From Longimicrobiales bacterium (GTDB taxonomy: Bacteria; Gemmatimonadota; Gemmatimonadetes; Longimicrobiales; Gaopeijiaceae): a DNA stretch of 64,000 bases. This document shows, piece by piece, positions 1 to 10,772 of the stretch. Each line of letters starts with the position of its first letter. The stretch's first letter is position 1. Position numbers and translations under genes: made by a program. Where the stretch lies: positions 3,392,001 through 3,456,000 of the forward strand of contig OZ220732.1 of assembly GCA_965116905.1 (NCBI GenBank), read 5' to 3'. A model generated the notes under the pieces. It had not been told where the DNA came from and did no database searches. It saw only the letters and a program-made list of their open reading frames with translations.

Positions 1-1
1 G

Positions 2-124
2 TTTCCGCTTGCGGCTCTTCTTGGTGAGGATGTGAGACTTGTAGGCCCGCATCCGGACCAGCTTTCCCGACCCCGTCTTCCGGATCCGCTTCGCGGCACC
101 CCGGTTGGTCTTCATTTTCGGCAT
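2..124 (-). CDS. rpmI: 50S ribosomal protein L35 (partial, runs off window start)
   Basis: Hand translation from ATG at 124: [41 protein letters not shown], the typical L35 N-terminus; lies directly downstream of infC. Confidence 0.96.
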   Translation of the reverse strand, partial: MPKMKTNRGAAKRIRKTGSGKLVRMRAYKSHILTKKSRKRK

Positions 125-188
125 GGGTCCTCTCCTGGATCCACGTTTGGTTGGTGCGAGAAGGACGACTTCGTCCCGTCGGCAGTCC

Positions 189-701
189 CTACTTCACGGG
201 GGTCAGGATCATCGACATCTGACGACCCTCGAAGTTCGGATACTGTTCGATCTTTCCGAGCTCGCCGAGATCCTCCGTCAGGCGGAGCAACACCTGGCGC
301 CCCAGTTCGGGATGCGTGATCTGCCTCCCTCGGAACATCATGGTCAGCTTGACCTTGTTCCCCTCCTCAAGAAAGCGCCGCGCGTGGCGGAGCTTGAACT
401 CGTAGTCGTGGTCTTCGATCCCGGGCCGGAACTTCACTTCCTTGATCTGGGTCGTGTGCTGCTTTCGCCGGGCCTCGCGGGCAGCGCGCGCCGCCTTGTA
501 CTTGTACTTCCCGTAGTCCATCATGCGGACCACGGGAGGCCTCGAATCGGGGGCCACTTCGACCAGATCCAGTCCCCGTTCGGCGGCCCGGGCGCGCGCC
601 TCGTCCAGCGAAACTATTCCGACCTGTCCTCCGTTTTCTGCGATCAGTCGAATCGGGCTGATTCGAATCTGCTCGTTCACTCGAACACGTCTGTCTGCGA
701 T
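189..701 (-). CDS. infC: Translation initiation factor IF-3, probable non-canonical ATC start
   Basis: RVNEQIR...[22 protein letters not shown]...[13 protein letters not shown] motifs; AAGGAG SD (711-716) lies 9 nt before an in-frame ATC at 701-699. Confidence 0.95.
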   Translation of the reverse strand: MADRRVRVNEQIRISPIRLIAENGGQVGIVSLDEARARAAERGLDLVEVAPDSRPPVVRMMDYGKYKYKAARAAREARRKQHTTQIKEVKFRPGIEDHDYEFKLRHARRFLEEGNKVKLTMMFRGRQITHPELGRQVLLRLTEDLGELGKIEQYPNFEGRQMSMILTPVK

Positions 702-796
702 CTTGGAACTCTCCTTGTCGTTGGGGTGGCCCAAGGGCCCCCGTTTGTTCCCCGCCTATCACCTTCCGCGCTTACGAAACGGATCCGCCGGCTACC

Positions 797-821
797 AAAA
801 AAGGCCCGGAAGACCGGGCCT
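797..821 (-). terminator. Intrinsic terminator/attenuator hairpin upstream of infC
   Basis: Minus strand AGGCCCGG-TCTT-CCGGGCCT followed by TTTTT. Confidence 0.8.
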
Positions 822-918
822 CTTGACCTGGCGGTGAACGCGCATGCGCCCGCCGCCGACCTGGTACCCGGAAGCCCGATAGCTACGAGGGTGAGAGGCT
901 GTCAGTCCTCTGCTTCCT
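797..918 (-). ncRNA. L20-leader-like cis-regulatory RNA of the infC-rpmI(-rplT) operon
   Basis: Minus strand AAGCAGAGG-actgacag-CCTCTCACCC...GGGT...CAGGTC resembles the AGAAG..CTTCTCACC..CAGGT core of L20 leaders; sits upstream of infC and ends in a terminator. Confidence 0.6.
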
Positions 919-960
919 GATTGTCAGCACCGCCGGTCGGCGGAGATGGTACAGATCCTA

Positions 961-990
961 ATAATCGGCGATCAGGGTGGTCCGTGTCAA
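961..990 (-). promoter_or_regulatory. Putative sigma70 promoter for the infC leader
   Basis: TTGACA (990-985) - 18 nt - GATTAT (966-961). Confidence 0.4.
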
Positions 991-1036
991 GCGGCCAGGC
1001 GCGTGTCCGGCTCCCTGACGCCAGCGTCCGGCTCTC

Positions 1037-2959
1037 TCACCCCAGCGCCCGACTCTCCACCTCGCTCTTCAGCCGCTGCAGAAACTCCCCCCGCTCCATC
1101 GTCACCTGTTTCTTCTTCGCGCCCCGCTTGCGCACCGACACGGTGCCCGCCTCCGCCTCGCGCTCGCCCACGATGCCCATGTACGGGATCTTCATGGTCT
1201 CGGCATGGCGGATCCGGTAGCCCAGCGTGTCGCGCTCGTCGATTTCGGCCCGGAGCCCCGCTTCGGTCAGCTGCCCGGTCAGTTCCCGCGCCGACTCGAC
1301 CCACTGCTCCGACACGGGGAGGATGCGGACCTGCTCGGGCGCCAGCCACAGCGGGAACGCGCCGCCGTAGTGCTCGATCAGCCCCCCGATGAAGCGCTCC
1401 ATCGACCCCAGCAGCGTGCGGTGGATGACCACCGCCTGGTGACGCCGGTTGTCCGAGCCCACGTACTCGAGCCCGAAACGCTCCGGCATCAGGAAATCCA
1501 GCTGGAAGGTGCCGCCCTGCCACTCGCGCCCCAGCGCGTCGGTGACCAGGATGTCGACCTTGGGCCCGTAGAACGCGCCGCCCCCCTCGTCGAGCTCGTA
1601 GTCCAGCCCGCGGTTCCGCAGGACGTCCGCCAGGCGGTCCGCGGCCGCGTCGTAGACGGCCGGGTCGCCGATGGCTTTTTCGGGACGGGTGGAAAGGGCC
1701 GTGCGGTACTCGTAGCCGAATACCCCGAGCAGGTAGTCCCCCAGGTCGAGCAGGCGGTCGTACTCCTCCTCGATCTGGTCCTCGCGGATGAAGATGTGCG
1801 CGTCGTCCTGCGTGAACGAACGCACGCGCAGCATGCCGTGGAGAGCACCCGAACGCTCGTAGCGGTAGCAGGTGCCCAACTCGGCAAAGCGCAGGGGCAG
1901 GTCGCGGTACGACCGGATCTGCGAACGGTAGATCATGAAGTGATGGGGACAGTTCATCGGCTTCATGCGAAACCGCTCCCCGTCGTCGTCCATGGCCGGG
2001 AACATGTCGTCGGAGAAGACGTCCAGGTGGCCCGATATCCGGTACAACTCCTCGCTGGCCACATGGGGGGTGAAGACGATTTCGTAGCCGTGGTCGACCA
2101 GCGTCTCCCTGAGGAAGCTCTCGATGGTGTTCCGAACGCGTCCGCCGGCGGGGTGCCACAGGACGAAGCCCGGGCCCACCTCCTCCTGGATGGAGAAGAG
2201 GTCGAGGCGCTTCCCAAGCACCCTGTGGTCGCGCTTGCGCGCCTCCTCGAGGCGGTGCAGGTGCTTGCGCAGGTCCTTCGCCGCGAAGAACGCCGTCCCG
2301 TAGATCCGCTGCAGCATCCGGCGCCGCTCGTCCCCGCGCCAGTACGCGCCGGCCGCGCTCAGGAGCTTGAAGTGCCTGAGGCGTCCCGTGCTGGGTACGT
2401 GCGGCCCGCGGCAGAGGTCGAGGAAGGGGCCGTCCTGGTAGACGGTGATGACCTCGTCTTCGGCAAACTCCTCGAGCCGTTCCAGCTTGAGGGGGTCGTC
2501 GGCGAAGAGCTCCCGCGCCTCCTCGTGCGAAACGACGCGGCGCTCGAAGGGGTGGTCGGCCTTCACCACCTCGTCCATCCGCTGCTGAATCGCTTCGAGT
2601 TGTTCGGGCGTGAAGGGCTCGGGCACGTCGAAGTCGTAGTAGAAGCCGTCGTCGATCGCGGGACCGAACCCGATGCCCGCGCCCGGGATCATCTCGCGAA
2701 CCGCGGTGGCCAGGACGTGGGCGGCGGAATGGCGCAACACGCCAAGCGCCTCCGGGTCGCGCTCGGTGAGGAGGCGCACGGACGCGCCGTCGGCGAGCGG
2801 CCGGTCCAGGTCGACGATTTCGCCGTCGACGACCGCCGCGAGCGCAGCCCGCGCCAGGCCGGGTCCAATCTCGGCCGCGAGGGTGCCCGCGGTGGCACCG
2901 TCGGGGAGCGCGACCGACGTGCCGTCGGGGAGGGTTGCGTGGATGCTTGGAGCGTTCAT
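1037..2959 (-). CDS. thrS: Threonine--tRNA ligase
   Basis: TGS domain, RHSAAHVLA, DLCRGPHV, RDHR, KPMNCP, RYERSG..HGMLRVR.FTQDDAH, AFYGPK, IHR...GSMERF motifs; start at MNAPS. Confidence 0.98.
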   Translation of the reverse strand: MNAPSIHATLPDGTSVALPDGATAGTLAAEIGPGLARAALAAVVDGEIVDLDRPLADGASVRLLTERDPEALGVLRHSAAHVLATAVREMIPGAGIGFGPAIDDGFYYDFDVPEPFTPEQLEAIQQRMDEVVKADHPFERRVVSHEEARELFADDPLKLERLEEFAEDEVITVYQDGPFLDLCRGPHVPSTGRLRHFKLLSAAGAYWRGDERRRMLQRIYGTAFFAAKDLRKHLHRLEEARKRDHRVLGKRLDLFSIQEEVGPGFVLWHPAGGRVRNTIESFLRETLVDHGYEIVFTPHVASEELYRISGHLDVFSDDMFPAMDDDGERFRMKPMNCPHHFMIYRSQIRSYRDLPLRFAELGTCYRYERSGALHGMLRVRSFTQDDAHIFIREDQIEEEYDRLLDLGDYLLGVFGYEYRTALSTRPEKAIGDPAVYDAAADRLADVLRNRGLDYELDEGGGAFYGPKVDILVTDALGREWQGGTFQLDFLMPERFGLEYVGSDNRRHQAVVIHRTLLGSMERFIGGLIEHYGGAFPLWLAPEQVRILPVSEQWVESARELTGQLTEAGLRAEIDERDTLGYRIRHAETMKIPYMGIVGEREAEAGTVSVRKRGAKKKQVTMERGEFLQRLKSEVESRALG

Positions 2960-3055
2960 GGCGCGAAAGCTAACACCCTCGCGAGCACGCGTGGGCCCTG
3001 CGCGCACGCAGGTCAGGTGCTCCTCCGCCCGCCCTCGGCAGCGTCCCGGTGACCC

Positions 3056-3958
3056 CTATCCCGATGGAGGCCAGGGCGTCCCAGTGACCCGCTGCAACCG
3101 CGTCTGGTCCCTGGTGGGACGGTAGGCCTCACGCGCCGCCATGTCGTACTGGTCTCCCGGCGCGAGAAAGTAGAACAGCCCGCCGCTGTCGAGCGTCGCG
3201 TTGGCATCGTAGATGACCGCGTAACTCTGCCCGACCACCTCGAAGCGGTCTCCGCGCACCACGATGGCCGTGTTCTCGTCGATCCCGATGCCGAGCAGCT
3301 CGGGCTTGGCGCGGATCACCTCGATCAGGTCGAACTGGCGGTTGCGCCGGAGCAGGTGCTGGTCGATGCCCACGTCCTTCAGGAAGCCGAGGCCGACTTC
3401 GTGGTCGCCCATCATGATCGTGTTGGTGCGGGTGTCCCCGCGGACCAGGTACGATCCCTGGATGGACGCTCCGGCCGAGGACCCGCCGATGACGCCGCCA
3501 CGGTCGAGAACCCCCCACAGCGCGTCGTGCGTCTTCGTGTCGAGATAGGAATCGGCCAGTCGCCACTGGCGTCCCCCGGTGAACCAGACGCCGCGCGCTT
3601 CGAGCAGCGGTGCCACGAAGGCGTCGGTATCGGCGACTTCGGGGTCGTACGTGTGAAGGACCGTGATGTGGCGCGCGCCCGCCTGTTCGAATCGCCGCCG
3701 CCCCCCGAAGTACTGGTCGTAGCTGTCGCCGCCGCCCGCCGTCGGAATGATCACGATCGGCGCCGAAGGTCCGCCCGCAAGCTCCACGAACTGGCGAAAC
3801 ACCGCCGGATCGGTCAGCGCCCCGCCCGCGACGATCAGGGTGCCGTTCTCGGGGCCGACCTCCTGGGCGGCGGCAGGTGCAAGGGCAAGGATGAAGAAGA
3901 AGCCGAGGAAGGCGAGGCGGGTCGGTTTCACGGTACTTGTCCTCCGGTTCAGGGCCAT
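3056..3958 (-). CDS. Cyanophycinase-like S51 serine peptidase with signal peptide
   Basis: IAGGA, IPTA, FTGGRQ, GGSSAGAS nucleophile elbow, IDQH, GIDENTA motifs; N-terminal signal ...LALAPAAA-QE; the true start may be the GTG near 3931. Confidence 0.85.
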   Translation of the reverse strand: MALNRRTSTVKPTRLAFLGFFFILALAPAAAQEVGPENGTLIVAGGALTDPAVFRQFVELAGGPSAPIVIIPTAGGGDSYDQYFGGRRRFEQAGARHITVLHTYDPEVADTDAFVAPLLEARGVWFTGGRQWRLADSYLDTKTHDALWGVLDRGGVIGGSSAGASIQGSYLVRGDTRTNTIMMGDHEVGLGFLKDVGIDQHLLRRNRQFDLIEVIRAKPELLGIGIDENTAIVVRGDRFEVVGQSYAVIYDANATLDSGGLFYFLAPGDQYDMAAREAYRPTRDQTRLQRVTGTPWPPSG

Positions 3959-4093
3959 TCGCGATGTGGCGGGCTTGCGCGTTGCTCAAGGTGGGCCCGC
4001 GGAGGCTCGATTGGAAGGACCACGCGGCCGGGTTGCCCACTCTCTCGCGAGCCCCTCACATTGACAGCCGACCCCAAAAAAGGACCCTTGGCG

Positions 4094-4843
4094 ATGACTC
4101 GTATCGTCCTCACCGCCGCGGCGCCCGTTCTCCTCGCATTGGCGTGCGCCGGAGAGCGGACCCCGCCAGGCCCCCCCGCCACCGGCCCCGAACTCGTCGA
4201 CGCAGCCATCGCCTATCACGATCCCGAGGGCAACTGGCCCCGGCTGAAGCACACGCTGGTGATCGACCAGTCGCGGCCCGATGGCAGCGAACGCCGGGCC
4301 ACCATCCACATGGACGTCGCCCGCAGCGAGTACAGCTACCGGGAGGACACGTCCGACGGGCTCCTGATCAAGGGGACGGCCGGCCCGGACTGCTTCGCAT
4401 CGATCGGGGGACAGGCCCCGACGGAAGAGCAGGTGGCATCGCACCGTCTCGATTGCGCCGGGATCGAACGGATGCGGGACTACTACCTGTATCTATGGGG
4501 TCTGCCGATGAAGCTCCGTGATCCGGGCACCCACATCGACCCGGTCATCGGCGACGAGGAATTCGACGGCCAGCCGAGCCGTGTGGTCAAGGTGACCTAC
4601 GATCCCCAGGTCGGTTCCGACACCTGGTACTTCCATTTCGAGCCCGGCACGCACCGGATGATCGGCTATCGCTTCTACCACGACGAGGCGGCGGGCGATG
4701 GCGAGTACATTCTGCTGAGCGGAGAGCGAGAGGTCCGGGGAATGAGGATCCCGGTCGAACGCCGGTGGTTCACCAACGCGGACGACCGCTACCTGGGAAC
4801 CGACACCCTGGTCGACGACTTCACGGAGTCACCGGGGGACTAG
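4094..4843 (+). CDS. Hypothetical lipoprotein, DUF6503-like
   Basis: MTRIVL...LALAC lipobox; AIAYHDP..W, YYLYLWGLPMKLRDPG and VGSDTWYFHF motifs. Confidence 0.7.
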   Translation: MTRIVLTAAAPVLLALACAGERTPPGPPATGPELVDAAIAYHDPEGNWPRLKHTLVIDQSRPDGSERRATIHMDVARSEYSYREDTSDGLLIKGTAGPDCFASIGGQAPTEEQVASHRLDCAGIERMRDYYLYLWGLPMKLRDPGTHIDPVIGDEEFDGQPSRVVKVTYDPQVGSDTWYFHFEPGTHRMIGYRFYHDEAAGDGEYILLSGEREVRGMRIPVERRWFTNADDRYLGTDTLVDDFTESPGD

Positions 4844-4859
4844 GGGCCAGGGCCGCGCG

Positions 4860-4899
4860 AAAAACGGGGCCCGGCCGCTCACGCGCCCGGACCCCGCTT
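4860..4899 (-). terminator. Probable terminator after groEL
   Basis: Imperfect GC-rich inverted repeat (cggggcccgg...ccggaccccg) next to an A-run on the + strand (U-run on the minus strand), between convergent genes. Confidence 0.5.
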
Positions 4900-4927
4900 G
4901 CAGCCTGTTCGCGGCGTTGATGCGACC

Positions 4928-6559
<1,632 letters not shown>

Positions 6560-6616
6560 TTTCGCTTGTCTCCTGGTTGTGTTCCCGGAGAGCGCCAGCG
6601 GGCGCCCCCGGCCGGG

Positions 6617-6919
6617 TTAGTGGTTGACGATGGCCAGAATGTCCGATTCCCGGAGAATCAGGTACTGATCCCCATCGACCGTGACCTCGGTGCCGCTGTA
6701 CTTCCCGTACAGCACTCTGTCGCCCGAAGCGACGTCCATCGGGATCCGGTTGCCTTCGTCCGACAGCTTGCCCGGTCCCACGGCGACGATCTCGCCTTCC
6801 TGCGGCTTCTCCTTGGCGGTGTCCGGGATGTACAGGCCACCCCGCATCTGCTCGGCTTCTTCGAGTGCCTTCACCACCACCCGATCCGCCAGGGGCTGGA
6901 TCTTGTTCGCGGCCGACAT
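6617..6919 (-). CDS. groES: Co-chaperonin GroES
   Basis: [45 protein letters not shown] motifs. Confidence 0.99.
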   Translation of the reverse strand: MSAANKIQPLADRVVVKALEEAEQMRGGLYIPDTAKEKPQEGEIVAVGPGKLSDEGNRIPMDVASGDRVLYGKYSGTEVTVDGDQYLILRESDILAIVNH

Positions 6920-6973
6920 GCGCGCTCCTCCTTGGAATGGGTTGGTTTGGAATCGCGGGCGATCTGCCCGCCG

Positions 6974-7000
6974 TTAGCACTCGAAGTAGGTGAGTGCTAA
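6974..7000. promoter_or_regulatory. CIRCE element (HrcA operator)
   Basis: Perfect TTAGCACTC-N9(gaagtaggt)-GAGTGCTAA upstream of groES. Confidence 0.97.
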
Positions 7001-7013
7001 CAAACAGCAATGG

Positions 7014-7042
7014 AGTTTCGCGTATCGCTGCTGAGCGGTCAA
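7014..7042 (-). promoter_or_regulatory. Putative sigma70 promoter of groESL
   Basis: TTGACC-N17-GAAACT just upstream of the CIRCE. Confidence 0.45.
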
Positions 7043-7118
7043 GGCCCCGGTGCCGGCTACGCCTTCTCGCCTGCTCGCGCCCCGGCCAACTGGCCGTCCG
7101 CGCCGACGCCGGCCCCCC

Positions 7119-7919
7119 TTAGTGGTCCAGGTGCGCCCCCGCGATCCCCAGGCCTTCCAGCGTCAGGAACGGTTCGATCCGGTCCACCGTGGCCGCGTGG
7201 GGTCCGACCACCGGAGCGAAGCCGCCGGTCGCAACGACGAGGAGGTCCTCCGACCCCCAGTCGGCCCTGATTCGGCGCACCATCCCGTCGATCGCATCCA
7301 CGACCGAATAGAAGACGCCGCTCTGGATGCACGTCTCCGTGCGGCGCCCCACGACTTCGTCGGGCGGAACCAGTTCGACCGTGGGCAGCTTTGCGGTGCT
7401 CCGCGCGAGCCAGTCGAGACCCGCGCTCAGCCCCGGGGCGATCACCCCGCCGCGGAAAACGCCGTCGGCGGTGATGCAGTCGAAGGTCGTGGCCGTGCCG
7501 AGGTCCACCGCGATCGTGTCGCGCCCGAAGCGGACCTTGGCCGCGAGGGTGTTGACGATGCGGTCCGCCCCAACCGTCAGCGGCTCCTCCACGTCCAGCC
7601 GGATCGGCAGGTCGGAGCGGGCGCTCACGTTGAATACGTTCCCATCGACGAGCGCCGACATCACGCGCCGCAGCGTACGGTCCCCGGACGGCACCACCGA
7701 GCCGATCACACCCCGCCGGATGGGGGCGGGCGGCCCTTCACCCGTCGACAGCCCTGCGTCCGTCGACAACAGCGCCCGCAACAGCACGCCGTATTCCGCC
7801 TCGGTCCTCGGCACCCGCGTGCTGACCCGCCAGTGCCGCAGCACCTCCCGGCCGTCGAGGTCCAGCAGTCCGAATACGGTTTCCGTGTTTCCCACGTCGG
7901 CGACCAGCTGGCAAGCCAT
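7119..7919 (-). CDS. coaX: Type III pantothenate kinase
   Basis: LVADVGNTET, SVVP, VGADRIVN, VDLGTATTFD, GGVIAPG, VATGG motifs. Confidence 0.95.
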   Translation of the reverse strand: MACQLVADVGNTETVFGLLDLDGREVLRHWRVSTRVPRTEAEYGVLLRALLSTDAGLSTGEGPPAPIRRGVIGSVVPSGDRTLRRVMSALVDGNVFNVSARSDLPIRLDVEEPLTVGADRIVNTLAAKVRFGRDTIAVDLGTATTFDCITADGVFRGGVIAPGLSAGLDWLARSTAKLPTVELVPPDEVVGRRTETCIQSGVFYSVVDAIDGMVRRIRADWGSEDLLVVATGGFAPVVGPHAATVDRIEPFLTLEGLGIAGAHLDH

Positions 7920-7921
7920 GC

Positions 7922-8809
7922 TCAACTCCCGGGTTTCAACGCGGACTGCCATGAAACGGATCCTGCGATCAGCGCCAGGCACCGACCGCCCTCGTCCTTC
8001 AGCCCGAGCGAGCCGTCCGAATGCAGACCCGTCGATGTGGCGACGAGCCCCCGGACCGTCCGCGGGCCTCCGGAAGAATGGCGCACGGCGCCGTCAACAG
8101 ACAACCTGCGCCCGCCCAGGGGCGAACGAGCCTGCAGCGCGGCCAGCTCCGCCCGGGGTATCGAATGGCCGGGACGGGCCCACACCTGCTCCAGCGATTC
8201 CATGATCGCCTCGAGCAGCCGCCCGCGCGGCGTCGAGTGTCCGGACTCCGCGAGCACCGAGGTCGGCGCCGGCGCCAGCCCCAGGGGGAGATCGCGCAGG
8301 TGCTGGTTGACGTTGACGCCGATTCCGACGAGTACCGCCCCACCCGCCCGCTCGCACAGAATGCCGCCCAGCTTGCGCCCGGAGACAAGGAGGTCGTTGG
8401 GCCACTTCACCTCGACGCGAAGCCCCGGGGCCGCCGATTCGATCCCGCGCGCCGCCGCGAGGCCCACCCGGAGCGACAGGGGCCCGAGGTTTCGGCCGGT
8501 CCAGCTCCGCACGACCGTGCACCACAGGCCCAGGGGCGTGTCGGACATCCAGCGTCGGCCCCGGCGGCCGCGTCCTGCGCTCTGCCGGTCGGCCACGACC
8601 AGCGCGGGCAACGCGGGGAGCGCGGGCGGCGCGGGCAACGGCGATCCCCGGGCGACCAGGTCGCGCGCACGGTCATTGGTCGAGGTGATTCGCGCGTGGA
8701 GCTCGACCGTCTCCACCGGGAGCCGACGGGCCCATGCTTCGGCGGAGCGGCCCTCCCACAGGGCCGTTGGTCCGTCCGGCGCGGCTTCCGCGGGGCGCGC
8801 CGCGCTCAT
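7922..8809 (-). CDS. birA: Biotin--[acetyl-CoA carboxylase] ligase (no clear N-terminal HTH)
   Basis: STND, QSAGRGRRGRRW, KWPND, RKLGGIL, GIGVNVN motifs. Confidence 0.92.
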   Translation of the reverse strand: MSAARPAEAAPDGPTALWEGRSAEAWARRLPVETVELHARITSTNDRARDLVARGSPLPAPPALPALPALVVADRQSAGRGRRGRRWMSDTPLGLWCTVVRSWTGRNLGPLSLRVGLAAARGIESAAPGLRVEVKWPNDLLVSGRKLGGILCERAGGAVLVGIGVNVNQHLRDLPLGLAPAPTSVLAESGHSTPRGRLLEAIMESLEQVWARPGHSIPRAELAALQARSPLGGRRLSVDGAVRHSSGGPRTVRGLVATSTGLHSDGSLGLKDEGGRCLALIAGSVSWQSALKPGS

Positions 8810-9627
8810 CCCCGCCCCGTGAACACGAGGAAGGCCGCGCCCGCCGCCCACAGGTACGGGGCGAAATAGTGGAAGGCGCGGCGTTCGAGCATCATGCGAA
8901 AGGTGCGAATCGCCAACACCCCCGTCACGCACGCCACCACCGCTGCCACGGCGAGTGCGCCGGCGAGCGCCTCTCCGAGCGCCCCTCCGGGCGCCCCACC
9001 GAGCGCGCCGCCGCCCTCCCAGGCCGCCGTGGGCAGCTTGAGCAGCGCCGCACCCCCGATCGCCGGCACCGACATCAGGAAGGAGAACGCGGCCGCCTCG
9101 GACGGGCTCACGCCCCGCCAGAGCGCGGCGACCACCGTGGCGCCCGACCGCGAAATCCCCGGCACGATCGCGGCCGCCTGGGCGAGCCCCATCACGATCG
9201 CCACACCCGCGCCGGGTCGTCCGTCCGGCTCGCGCGCCAGCGCCCGCCGCGCGGTCCAGATCACCAGACCGGTCACCAGAAGCGCCACGCCCGTCACAGC
9301 CGGCGTGTCGAAAAGGGACTCGAAGAACCCGCCGAAACCGAGCCCGGCGACGGCCGCCGGAACGGAGGCGAGGAGAATGAGCCCCGCGTAGCGCGTCTGC
9401 GCGGGATCAAGGCGCGCCACTCCGGCGAGCAGCCTGGCCACGCGCTCCCGGTACACGATCAGCACCGACAGCAGCGTGGCGAAGTGAAGCACGACCTCGA
9501 CCGTCACTCCCGGCAGCTCGATGCCCAGCAGCGCCTGGCCCATCACGAGGTGGCCGGAACTGGACACCGGGAGGAACTCCGTCACACCCTGCAGCAACCC
9601 GAGCAACGCGCCCTCGTACCACGTCAT
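8806..9627 (-). CDS. uppP: Undecaprenyl-diphosphatase (BacA/UppP)
   Basis: GLLQGVTEFLPVSSSGHL and PGISRSGAT motifs; multiple TM helices. Confidence 0.95.
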   Translation of the reverse strand: MTWYEGALLGLLQGVTEFLPVSSSGHLVMGQALLGIELPGVTVEVVLHFATLLSVLIVYRERVARLLAGVARLDPAQTRYAGLILLASVPAAVAGLGFGGFFESLFDTPAVTGVALLVTGLVIWTARRALAREPDGRPGAGVAIVMGLAQAAAIVPGISRSGATVVAALWRGVSPSEAAAFSFLMSVPAIGGAALLKLPTAAWEGGGALGGAPGGALGEALAGALAVAAVVACVTGVLAIRTFRMMLERRAFHYFAPYLWAAGAAFLVFTGRG

Positions 9628-10772
9628 CGCCCGGCTCCCCCCGCCGGCCCCCCAAGCACCTCCGCATAGTACGCCTCGTAGCGGGGCAGCACGCGCTGCA
9701 CGCCGTACCGCTCGACCGCCACCGTCCGCGCCGCCTCGCTGAACCGCTCCCACCGGACCGCGTCGCCGAGCAGGCCGATCGCCGCCTCCGTCGCGTCTTC
9801 AACGGCGCCCACCGGGACGAGGAACCCCGCCTCGCCGTCCGGCACCACCTCGGGCAGCCCCCCGGCCCGGTACCCCACCACGGGCACCCCGCACGAAAGC
9901 GCCTCCAGGGCGGCCAGGCCGAACGACTCCCGGTCGCTCATCATGAGGAACAGGTCCGCGCACGCCAGCAGCTCCTCGACGGCCGCGTGCTTGCCGAGGA
10001 AGACCACGTCTCGCTCGACGCCGAGCTCCCGCGCCCGTGCGGCCGCCCTGGGCCGGTCCGGACCGTCGCCCGCCATGACCAGACGGGCCGGAACCGCCGC
10101 GCGGAGGCCCGCGAAGACCTCGATCACGTCGACGACGCGCTTGACGGGGCGGAAGTTGGAAACGTGCATCACGATCTTCTCGCCGCGGGGCGCGAAGACC
10201 TCGCGGTGACAGGGATCGCGTCCCCGGTGGAAAACGCCGGTATCGACGAAGTTCGGAATTACGCGGATTCGCTCCTCGGGCACCGAGAAATCCCGCACGG
10301 TGACCTCCTTGAGGAAGCGCGACACCGCCGTGACCCCCTGCGAGCGCAGGATCGAGAAGCGCGTGATGGGGTGGAACGACGGGTGGAGTCCGACCAGCGT
10401 GACGTCCGTGCCGTGCAGGGTCGTCACCAGGGGTGGACCGCCGTTCTCTTCGAGCATCTCCTGCGCGATCCAGGCCGACGTGGCGTGGGGGATGGCGTAG
10501 TGGACGTGAATCAGGTCCAGCCGTTCCCGCCGCGCGGTGTCGTGGATCGCCGCCGCCAGCGCCAGCGTGTAGTGCGGCCGCTCGAAGAGGGGGTACTGCT
10601 CCATCTCCACTTCATGGAAATACACGCGTTCGCGGAAGCCGGAGAGGCGGAAGGGCTGGGCGTAGGAGATGAAGTGGACTTCGTGCCCGCGCGCGGCCAA
10701 TCCGATCCCGAGCTCGGTGGCCACGGCGCCCGAACCGCCGTAGGTCGGATAGCAGGTGATCCCGATCTTCAT
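9624..10772 (-). CDS. bshA: N-acetyl-alpha-D-glucosaminyl L-malate synthase (bacillithiol glycosyltransferase)
   Basis: MKIGITCYPTYGGSGAVATELG, HVHYAIPHA, TTLHGTDVTLVG, HVSNFRPVKR, ESFGLAALEA motifs. Confidence 0.93.
   Translation of the reverse strand: MKIGITCYPTYGGSGAVATELGIGLAARGHEVHFISYAQPFRLSGFRERVYFHEVEMEQYPLFERPHYTLALAAAIHDTARRERLDLIHVHYAIPHATSAWIAQEMLEENGGPPLVTTLHGTDVTLVGLHPSFHPITRFSILRSQGVTAVSRFLKEVTVRDFSVPEERIRVIPNFVDTGVFHRGRDPCHREVFAPRGEKIVMHVSNFRPVKRVVDVIEVFAGLRAAVPARLVMAGDGPDRPRAAARARELGVERDVVFLGKHAAVEELLACADLFLMMSDRESFGLAALEALSCGVPVVGYRAGGLPEVVPDGEAGFLVPVGAVEDATEAAIGLLGDAVRWERFSEAARTVAVERYGVQRVLPRYEAYYAEVLGGPAGGAGR

Noticed and set aside
1001..1060. Three imperfect 21-bp repeats at the thrS 3' end
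   Set aside because: Short slippage duplication of the gene end; no sign of function
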